From positions 62,001 to 126,000 of the forward strand of contig NIVC01000197.1 of NCBI GenBank assembly GCA_002269645.1: a stretch of 64,000 nucleotides of DNA, given 5' to 3'. Both the position numbers and the translations under genes were made by a program. Within the stretch, counting starts at the first letter, position 1. Every line of letters starts with the position of its first letter. The DNA comes from Macrostomum lignano (lineage: Eukaryota). Shown one piece after another: positions 1 to 10,800 of this stretch. Below the pieces are notes generated by a model, which did no database searches, was not told the origin of the DNA, and saw only the letters and a program-made list of their open reading frames with translations.

Positions 1-594
1 GCCGCACGGCGGGGGTAGACTGACAAGCCATGTACTCTATCATCCTTGGTCCCATCTTCCTCTCTACCCTGGGAGGGGTTGGGATTGGCGGGAGAGCCAA
101 TGCGGATTGCCTTCCTTTCCAGCAGCCTTGGTAGCGATATAGTAATATTAGATGACTTGCAAAATGCTTTAAAGTAGGGAATAGCCTATCTAATAGGTAG
201 GCTATCAATTTTTGTAGGTCTATGCCCTACGGTATCAAGAGTATATAATATATAAAAACTAGTCATAGTGTATTAATCAATCAAAGTTAAAAATATAGGC
301 ATAATAAATCGTATCCTATAAAAACAACCTGGAATATAGCCTAAAGTCTACGTCAAGCTATGGTCTCTTATCATATATCAAAATAGTTTAAACTGTCTAA
401 TATATTTCCTCTAGCCCACAGTGAATACAATAGTCAATAGATAAAAAAGGTATAGGTCTACTGACGAATGTTGACAACATTTTCAAGAAATACATTACAC
501 CTACATACTTACAACGCCTGAATTAATGGATTTATAATGGGGAAATTTTTTATAAGCGACACTCAAGTAGTCCGTAAAAAATAATTTGCTCTCT

Positions 595-800
595 AACCCA
601 CATAAAGAATCGCCCTCTGACCCGCATAAAGAATCGCCCTCTGACCCGCATAAAGAATCGCCCTCTGACCCGCATAAAGAATCGCCCTCTGACCCGCATA
701 AAGAATCGCCCTCTGACCCGCATAAAGAATCGCCCTCTGACCCACATAAAGAATCGCTCTCTGACCCGCATAAAGAATCGCCCTCTGACCCATATAAAGA
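595..800. repeat. 24-bp minisatellite (CCCGCATAAAGAATCGCCCTCTGA), about 8 copies
   Basis: Direct tandem repeat; the ORFs at 550-831 are translations of it. Confidence 0.95.
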
Positions 801-953
801 AACTCTCTCTCTCTATTCTCATTAACCGCATTTACTTCTTAAAAGTTTGAAACTAAACTGTGCTAATGTTAAATGTGCTAATCACTACTTTTAGTATGTG
901 TAGCGATTTTTTCGTAAAATCTTATTCAGTAACAAATTCGACGCCATCAACAG

Positions 954-1451
954 GTGCGCCTGTACATGCCCAACTACTGGATGAAGCTAGTCCGACCCAG
1001 ATTCCCTTTGCCGCCAGGCGTACTCAAATTCGAAGTTCAACCGCAAATGTCAGCTGATGAGGTGCGCCAGATGCTTGAGAAGCTGTACGGAGTTCGACTG
1101 CTGCACGCGCAGGTTCACCCGGTCGAGGGCGCCCCGGAGTCGGATCACGCGCATCCCAGCCGCATGGTGTTCAGTCCGTACACCATGAAGCCGCAGCCGT
1201 TAGATCTCTATAGAAAGGTTGCCTATGTATTTTTAGCCGAAGAGTACCGCGACTTTCAGTTCCCCGATCTGTTTGAGAAACGCCGGCCGTCTGGCAGTGA
1301 TGAGTTCAGGAAGCTGATGGCCAGCCGGGACTCGGAGGATGACGTCAGCGATGGGACTGACGAGCACAGGGAGAAGCGGAGTATGGCGCTGATTGCCGAG
1401 CTGGAGCGGGCAACTCGGCGGGCTAGTGAGGCTGGCGACAAGGATGACTGA
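954..1451 (+). CDS. MRPL23: Mitochondrial ribosomal protein L23 (uL23m), terminal coding exon; 5' end incomplete
   Basis: RLYMPNYWMKLVRP, MSADEVRQMLEKLYGV and KVAYVFL...FQFPDLF resemble metazoan mRpL23 motifs (RVFLPNFWMKLIRP; KVAYV...FxFPDLF). Acceptor AACAG at 949-953; an in-frame stop at 930-932 shows the ORF is entered by splicing. Confidence 0.9.
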   Translation: MRLYMPNYWMKLVRPRFPLPPGVLKFEVQPQMSADEVRQMLEKLYGVRLLHAQVHPVEGAPESDHAHPSRMVFSPYTMKPQPLDLYRKVAYVFLAEEYRDFQFPDLFEKRRPSGSDEFRKLMASRDSEDDVSDGTDEHREKRSMALIAELERATRRASEAGDKDD

Positions 1452-4400
1452 GGAGTCTGTGCTGTTGCTATTAGTGCATTATTGTTATTGAAATTATTGT
1501 GAATTGCTTTCTCATCATTGCAGCGTCTTTGCTATGAGACTACTGCTGGGAAGTTGCTGTCAGACTGTATATAGTAGCTGACAGATTGCAGTTTAGTAGC
1601 TGACAGATTACAGTTTAGTAGCTGACATATTACAGTTTGCAGCTGGCAGATGGCAGTTTGCGGTCAGTCTGCCATATTAATACTTGATCGGCTAACTGGT
1701 TGGTTCGTGCATGTGGATGTATACTTTCATAATTATGACATATCACTGCTGCATCCCAGAACCCAATCCAATTAAACCTCTGTTACTGTATTGCTAAAGC
1801 TGCAATTAGTGTCGGTTTCAATTCCTACTGATGTGTTAGTTTTCAGTTGACTTTACTGCTCAACTTTCGTTGATATGTCAAGGCGTTTAACTACTTGCAG
1901 TAGAATAGTATCGCATTTTTATACACGCATATTTAGATCAGTTGCTGTCTGCTTGCAAAATAAAATAAATAAATCTTAAGAATCCGGACTTGATTCTGAA
2001 TAAAAATAACACTACGGCTATTTTTAGCTTACTAATTACAACTGTGTGTATTTTTCACATTAGAAATTCACAATATTAATTATGTACACCCATCAGTGTC
2101 GCTTGCAGAGCCTTGCAGCTGATTTCACTGACAACGAATACGCAATTAACACTAACTGTAGCCGTTAGTCATGAAATCAGTGCAGAGTTCTGCTACTCAG
2201 GTAAATTTTCGAGCTCATTGCCAAACTTACCTGCTTAAGCTGTTGCTTCAGTGTGCCGTTTGTCGCGGTTTTCTAGCCGCAGACAGGGTGACTGGGAATG
2301 GTTTGCCTTCGCTCGCTGATTGTCAGAGCCGGTTTCGACCAAGCATTTTAAACCCCGTTCTCAAGCGGCTGGCCGTCACCTGTTCCTACAGTGGGACCCA
2401 CCCCCGCCCTCTGCCGCGATCCCTGCCCCCCCTTGCAGCCCCTTTAGCACCAATTTCTGACTTATTGGCCAGTGCTATTGCAAGTAAGTGAAGTTTGTAG
2501 TTAGAGTCGGGGGGGGGGGGCTAACTTCTGTCCCAATTGCTACTACCCCAGAAATTTCCCCATATGCATGCAAGGCTGTGTACACGGCTTTCTCTGACTC
2601 TAATCTTCGCAGCGTTTTTATATATTTACCCTCCCGCCAATCGGTTTTTTAAGTTTGCGCAGCTTTTCTGCGCGCTGTGTTGTGAGCACTGATCAAATAC
2701 AAGAGCTTCGCACTGACTGTTGAGGATTATTAACTATGCCAGTGCTCCCCTTCTAGGAACCCTTGTCGAGGGCTGGAATTCGGAAATGCGTTTCGCTATG
2801 CTTTAGTTAAGGGGGGGGGGGGAATTCTTCCCCACTTCCTAGCCTCCAGCTCTCAACCGCCACTCTATTCAACTATCCTAGGAATTTTCTGAGTCACAAG
2901 TTTGACTCTAAAACGCTCACTAAAAGTTACATCTGGCACTTGTTTGCGCGTGTCTGCCTTGGCTTTCTCTTTCAGTTTTTTAGAATAAAACTTTCTCCCC
3001 ATTCTCCACCGCTTTGCCAATATATGGGTTGAGCATGGATTTTTATAGAGAGCGGGCGGACTGCTCAAGTTTTGGAGTTGAGATCGAAGTGGATCTAGTA
3101 AGAGAAGCGGAGAAACTTAAGCTATAAAGAATTTGAACCGATCGCTATACTTGTACGAGCGCAGAGGGGAGGGCTGCATTTCATTCGAGAAATGCTTGTA
3201 TCAAAGTCGGTTTTTAATCATTTTTCATTTTTTGCCGTGTAATGTAGTTTTCTGAATAGACAGGCAGAATTAAGATTATATGATCAAAAATAGATAGCGT
3301 CACAACCTCAAGAAATCAATGCTAAAATGACTTGTTAATTGGCATTTGTATTTTTAATGTTGCTGAGTAAGCAATGATTCTGAGCACTTAACCATGTGCC
3401 TTGGCCATTTAGCCATGTGCCATGATTCCTTGAGTTTCGTATTACTGTAAGTATAGTAGCGCTATATATATTAAACGAGACCGAACAACACTGATTTTTG
3501 TGCACAAGGGATAAAGAATACATTAAGAATGTTCAAAGAACGAATTACATGTACGTACGTACGTACAGTACGTACATGCAAGTCGACGACTTGCGCTTCA
3601 CTAGTCCCCTTAGTGATCGTAAAATTCAATGGAATTCTTTAAAAAAACAGCTTCCAATTCTGGCTACATATAATAATATTTGAACTTGCAAATTTAAATA
3701 GTTTTCTAAGATTTTATCTGATCTACATGCATGTACAATGTACTCGTACATATATATTCTAGAGGTTTTTCATCAAACATGTTATCTTTTTTATGCGGGC
3801 TATACACGTAAAATTTCTTTCCGCTCAAAATAAACTGCTACAACATACATGTTATAGCATTTAGTCAATGTATACAATGTACATGACTATTGAATTTGCC
3901 CAATTGATTTGTAGCATGCAGTTTTTGTAAGCTTGATTGTCGTACTTTTCTAATTCCCTTTCGTTGCCAATTCCCATATCAACCATATACATCACTGTAC
4001 GCTGCAAAGTAAGCTCAGAGCTTTGGGGCTTGTGCATGCACATATTTACAACAAGAATTATACTCGCTCAGGAGCGCTATAAGCAAAAGCTCCAACAGCT
4101 CTAAACTTATATCAATTAAACAGCTAACAGATTATTACAATATATACCATGCAGTGTGCATGTATAAATCATTTGGCTGCATGCGAGCTGTGTTGGAAAT
4201 GGCTACAGGACGAATAAAAAAAAGAAGTGTGGCTCATTCAGAAATCACTGTGTTCAAATATTTAAGTCAACAAAATAGAATAATATGCACCGCAAACTTT
4301 ATGTTTTGGTACTCCGGTGCTCAACCCGTTACTCGTTACTATTCTACACGATTAACTTTACTACTACTCTGGGATTCATGTTTTAAAGCTAATAAAGTAT

Positions 4401-4869
4401 ATAAAAATTATGCTTTTTACTTTTGAAAAATACTACTAGAAATGACCGTATTATTTGTTTTACACTTTGTACTTCATAGAAAGAATTGTATAAGAGTACA
4501 GTTCGCTGAGATTCAATTTGTAACATGTGAACAATTTATTGACTTTCTGACAGCTCTGTCAACACATTGTGGCATTAGTCATTAGTCATAGTCATTAGTC
4601 ATAAATTTTATATATTTAGCCTGTCTTTTTTACTGATTTGCGGAGATAAAGGCAAGTCACAGAAATTTTTTCAGGTCTTGCTGATAAATTTTTTTATACC
4701 ACTAGTGCTGGTGGTAATGCATGTATGACTAGGCCTCTGGCCAGTAGGCCTGTGTGTGCCCAAACGTGACAATGACAATTGACAAACGAATCTGCTAATG
4801 GTGGCTAGTGTTAAATTAGTAACGACTTTTATGTTATTTGCAGTTTATCATTGACTGAACTTTTATAAA

Positions 4870-7800
4870 ATGTCACTGTTTATTTTCTCTTTCTATTTTT
4901 TATGTTTAGTATGTTTTGGGCTATATATATTTACACGCAAAACAAACACTCCACCAGAAGGCAGTAATGATGCAGAATTCGTTTCATTTCGAAATTCATA
5001 TCTTATTGTTTACACTCTTGGAATGGGTAAGTATAGTTTCAGCATTTTAATTTTTTGCTTCATGAGTCTTGATACTGCAGCATTGACTAGAGTAGTGACT
5101 TATAAAATAATTGCTAAACTAGTATACTAATTATATTATTTATATTAGGTCAATTTTATTTTATGATTGTAAGCTACTCTAGTCAATTTAAGAATATATA
5201 AATATATAATCATGCAAAAGCCTTGCTGGGTAACTAGTTTAAATATTAAAGTTAATTTCTGTTAACCTAGTCCATAGGATATCAATTGCAACATCATATG
5301 CTTATAAATGCTTTTCTTAAATTGTGTGTATCTTTTTCATACATTTGTAAAGTAGCTTATATGCTTTTGGATGAATTATTAGACTTAAGTGGCAATCCTA
5401 CACTTCCGTTCGGTAAATTATTTTGACATTGAATTTTGAACAGGCGTGGTAAATAACAATGTAACCAAACAAAACTAAAACAGTGGAACATGGTAGCAGT
5501 CTGTTAGAGCACATAGTCACTTAGAGTGTGTCTGCAGGTCATTAAGGTGTCTACAATGGATAGTAATGTCCAATCCAGTACAGGATAGCCCCAAATGGAC
5601 ATTGGGGATACAGACGACGCCAGAGAAATTCCTCAATGTGTGCGTCAAAGAGAGCGTCGCTCGTGCCATGCATGTTGCGGATCTTGCGCTTCACGTGGGC
5701 CCATGTGCCCTCCACGGTGTTGGTGTAGACATGTCTCCATGGCAATGAAGACTGGAAGATATGAGAAATTGAAGCTCAATAAAACAAGCAGCTCACAAGC
5801 AACAGCTCCCTTAAACTGACACCCCTTTAAACTCTGTTCGCTCAAACTTTTGGCCATAGACACATTGCCAATCGACGTCATTTGACTCGGTGGTACGAAT
5901 TCAAATGTGAAAATAATTTACCGAACGGAGGTGTGGGATTGCCACTTAAGTATATATGTATTGTATCAAATTGTTAAATTAAATTATAGATTAAAAAATA
6001 GTTTGTATAAATGGGGAATCTTTAAATTATTTTTAGCAAATCTTTAAATTCAAGCATAGTTCTTGACTTAGCTAGAGGCTCTAGGCATCTAGATACAAGC
6101 AGAGAGGTGTCAACAAATATTCTGCTAACCCCTAGCAATATTTAGATACATGTATAATTTTTTTTATTTAACCCATAAGTTATATTAGTTTATAATTCAA
6201 GTCTTAATTTTAATTTATATTTATAGCTACATAATCTTAGGTCAAACTGGTTTATGGCCACAATACCTTTTAGTTAAAAGAACCATTGCTGCTTTGACAA
6301 AGCAATTTTATAGAAAGCTTAGCAGACTTATAATTTATTAAAAGAATTATTCTTCAACATCCTCACACAGCTGGAGACTGGCTACAGGGTCCATATGTGT
6401 ACGCACTTTATGAGCACTATGGCATGTCCAAGCGAGACATTGAGTTCCTATTTGTGGCCGGATTTGGTGCCAGCATGCTGTTTGGCACCATAGTTGGCTC
6501 CATCGCTGACAAGTATGGCCGTCGGAAAAACTGCATCATCTATGGCATCGTCTATGGCCTGACCTGCATTACTAAACACTTCAATAACTTCTGGGTGCTG
6601 CTGATTGGCCGGTTGCTAGGCGGCACAGCAACCAGTATACTGTGGAGCGGGTTCGAGTCCTGGCTAGTTCACGAGCATCATAGCAGAGGCTACAGCGAGC
6701 ACCAATTAGAGGAGACATTTAATCTGGCCATCTTCTTCAACAGCATTGGCGCCATAGCCAGCGGTTTGGTGTCCCAGTACGCCGTGGACTGGTTCGGCTT
6801 CGTTGCCCCCTTCGACTGCGCCCTGCTGGTGCTGCTGGCCATGGCTGCCATCGCCTGGCTGCGCTGGCCAGAGAATTATGGCGACTCCGGTGCTCAACTC
6901 GGGGCCAACTTCGCTGCTGCATGGAATGCGGTGCGCACTGACCGCAAAGTGCTCAGCTTGGGCATCACTCAGGCCATGTTCGAGGGCAGCATGTACTGCT
7001 TTGTGCTGGAGTGGACCCCGGCCTTGACTCCAGAGAAGCTCAGTGAGTTGCGGCTGCGATGCCGTGTCGTGTTCGGTTGGTGCTAAAAATAAGCTCAGAC
7101 AGAGCTGCCAAAATCCCATGTAGTTTAACAAAGTTCAGCTAGTTATGCAGAGAAGTTCAGGTATTACTGCAAAGAATTGCGGCAGGTGCTGCAAAGAAAC
7201 TCAGGTAGTTGCTGCAAAGAATCTCAGGTAGTTGCTGCAAAGAATCTCAGGTAGTTGCTGCAAAGAATCTCAGGTAGTTGCTGCAAAGAATCTCAGGTAG
7301 TTGCTGCAAAGAATCTCAGGTAGTTGCTGCAAAGAATCTCAGGTAGTTGCTGCAAAGAATCTCAGGTAGTTGCTGCAAAGAATCTCAGGTAGTTGCTGCA
7401 AAGAATCTCAGGTAGTTGCTGCAAAGAATCTCAGGTAGTTGCTGCAAAGAATCTCAGGTATTTGCTGCAAAGAATCTCAGGTAGTTGCTGCAAAGAATCT
7501 CAGGTAGTTGCTGCAAAGAATCTCAGGTAGTTGCTGCAAAGAATCTCAGGTATTTGCTGCAAAGAATCTCAGGTAGTTGCTGCAAAGAATCTCAGGTATT
7601 TGCTGCAAAGAATCTCAGGTAGTTGCTGCAAAGAATCTCAGGTAGTTGCTGCAAAGAATCTCAGGTAGTTGCTGCAAAGAATCTCAGGTAGTTGCTGCAA
7701 AGAATCTCAGGTATTTGCTGCAAAGAATCTCAGGTAGTTGCTGCAAAGAATCTCAGGTAGTTGCTGCAAAGAATCTCAGGTAGTTGCTGCAAAGAATCTC

Positions 7801-10800
7801 AGGTATTTGCTGCAAAGAATCTCAGGTAGTTGCTGCAAAGAATCTCAGGTAGTTGCTGCAAAGAATCTCAGGTAGTTGCTGCAAAGAATCTCAGGTAGTT
7901 GCTGCAAAGAATCTCAGGTAGTTGCTGCAAAGAATCTCAGGTAGTTGCTGCAAAGAATCTCAGGTAGTTGCTGCAAAGAATCTCATGTAGTTGCTGCAAA
8001 GAATCTCAGGTAGTTGCTGCAAAGAATCTCAGGTAGTTGCTGCAAAGAATCTCAGGTAGTTGCTGCAAAGAATCTCAGGTAGTTGCTGCAAAGAATCTCA
8101 GGTAGAGCCGCATGAAAATTCGGGCAGTGCTACAAGAAAGTTCAGGCAGCGCCACAAATAAGTTCAGCTACAAAGAGAAGCTCTAAACCCTCCGCAGTGC
8201 CCTCCGTAGCGGCCGGCCATGCTGGCAGGTATTTGCTGCAAAGAATCTCAGGTAGTTGCTGCAAAGAATCTCAGGTAGTTGCTGCAAAGAATCTCAGGTA
8301 GTTGCTGCAAAGAATCTCAGGTAGTTGCTGCAAAGAATCTCAGGTATTTGCTGCAAAGAATCTCAGGTAGTTGCTGCAAAGAATCTCAGGTAGTTGCTGC
8401 AAAGAATCTCAGGTAGTTGCTGCAAAGAATCTCAGGTAGTTGCTGCAAAGAATCTCAGGTATTTGCTGCAAAGAATCTCAGGTAGTTGCTGCAAAGAATC
8501 TCAGGTAGTTGCTGCAAAGAATCTCAGGTAGTTGCTGCAAAGAATCTCAGGTAGTTGCTGCAAAGAATCTCAGGTAGTTGCTGCAAAGAATCTCAGGTAG
8601 TTGCTGCAAAGAATCTCAGGTAGTTGCTGCAAAGAATCTCATGTAGTTGCTGCAAAGAATCTCAGGTAGTTGCTGCAAAGAATCTCAGGTAGTTGCTGCA
8701 AAGAATCTCAGGTAGTTGCTGCAAAGAATCTCAGGTAGTTGCTGCAAAGAATCTCAGGTAGTTGCTGCAAAGAATCTCAGGTAGAGCCGCATGAAAATTC
8801 GGGCAGTGCTACAAGAAAGTTCAGGCAGCGCCACAAATAAGTTCAGCTACAAAGAGAAGCTCTAAACCCTCCGCAGTGCCCTCCGTAGCGGCCGGCCATG
8901 CTGGCAGGATCCCGCACGGCTACATCTTCGCGGCCTACATGGTGAGCATGATGATCGGCAGTCAGCTCTACAGCCTGTGCTCAGCCCAGGCCAGGCCCGA
9001 GAGCTTCATGCGCTGGGTGTTCGCCGTCAGCGCTCTGTGCTTCGCATTGCCGGCTTGGAAGAAAACCGACGCCCTGATCCCGGCCACCTTCGGCGGCTTC
9101 TTGGCGTTCGAGGCCTGCATTGGACTGTTCTGGCCGGCCATTGGCACCATGCGGGGCCGCTACGTGCCGGATGCTAGTGAGCCGGGGGCTCGGAGTGTTT
9201 TCAGCTTTTTTAGCACTCAATTCTCAGCTCCCAAACTCCGGAATTCCGGATAAGCAGGCGGCTACGCAAGCAAGGAAACGCAAAGCCTTCGACGATATCG
9301 TCCCCGCAACCAGCACTGAGGCAATTCTGCCCATTCTGCTGACTCCTGAGCACAATACAGGCGCGGTGTGAATGACACGACAAGCCCTCAGGTTAATTTT
9401 CGTGCACATCGAACCAAAGGTCGTGGGGCAATGGTCAGACACGTTTGCCGCTGCTGTATATGGCGTAATTGGCGTTAATCCAAGAAATCTTTCTGGCCAG
9501 AAAATGTCAGCTCAAACGCATTCCAGCTTATCTGATAGATTTTTCTCTCTAAGCCTTAATTAGTGAAGAACTCGCCCAGTTTCTATGGCTATGTAAAAGC
9601 AGATAAATTCTTATCTTGCTATTGCGTTTTAATGCGACATTTTCATAGCTTTGAACTTTCAGACTCTGCTGCTATTGCTACGTGGAACAAGCAGTCACGC
9701 CATGATGAAAAAAATAAGAAAACAAGAAACATTTATATGCATAAAATTCAAATTTTCTAACTCGGTAGTGCATAAGAGTATAGGAGGAGGGACAGCCCAG
9801 GGGTATAGCAACACTGGTTCGATTCCATGCACGGTCCCATTCATTCGGAGATGCACGAAAATTAGCTTGATGGCTTGTCGTGCGATTCCCGCCCATGGGG
9901 GCCAACCCCCAAGGCACAGAGAGTGAACAAGCCTGACGATTAGAAAGTCAGGGCTGCTGTACACCCTGTGTGAGTCTACTCAGAGGTCAGCGGAATAGGC
10001 ATGAATGCTTGCACCTTCGCTGATTGCGAGCCCACTGCCACCCCTTTGAAACAGCCACCCCACTCTCGCCCCTTTAAAACAACCACCTACTCCCGCTATT
10101 CAAAACAACCACCCCACTCCCGCTATTCAAAACAACCACCCACTCCCGCTATTCAAAACAACCACCCACTCCCGCTATATAAAACAACCACCCCACTCAC
10201 TCCTTTTAAACAACCACCCTACTCTCGCTCTTTAAAACAACCACCCCACTCACTCCTTTTAAACAGCCACCCCACTCTCGCTCTTTAAAACAACCACCCT
10301 ACTCACTCCTTTTAAACAACCACCCCACTCACTCCTTTTAAACAACCACCCCACTCTCGCTCTTTAAAACAACCACCCCACTCACTCCTTTTAAACAACC
10401 ACCCCACTCTCGCTCTTTAAAACAACCACCCCACTCACTCCTTTTAAACAACCACCCCACTCTCGCCTCTTTACAACAACTATCCCACTCCCGCTCTTTA
10501 AAACAGCCACCCCACTCACGCTCTTTAAAACAACCACCCACTCTAACTCCTTTTAAACAACCACCCTACTCTCGCCCCTTTAAAACAGCCACCCCACTCT
10601 CGCTCTTTAAAACAACCACCACCCACTCGCTCTTTAAAACAACCACCCCACTCTCACTCCTTTTAAACAACCACCCCACTCTCGCTATATAAAACAGCCA
10701 CCCCACTCCCGCTATATAAAACAGCCACCCCACTCCCGCTATATAAAACAGCCACGCCACTCCCGCTCTATAAAACAGCCACCTTACTCCCGCCCCTTTA

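Noticed and set aside
1-135. GC-rich segment as a possible exon of a minus-strand neighbour or MRPL23 exon 1
   Set aside because: Truncated by the window edge; no mRpL23 N-terminal motif or convincing splice pair.
9785-9845. tRNA gene (GGTTCGATTCC; also 55655-55725)
   Set aside because: A full cloverleaf cannot be drawn; these are SINE heads.
9931-9950. Hammerhead-like CTGACGA..GAAA GTC (also CTGATGA at 17688)
   Set aside because: No room for stems II and III, a plain hairpin explains it, and the core is not conserved in the related copy near 11895. The 17688 site has no GAAA.
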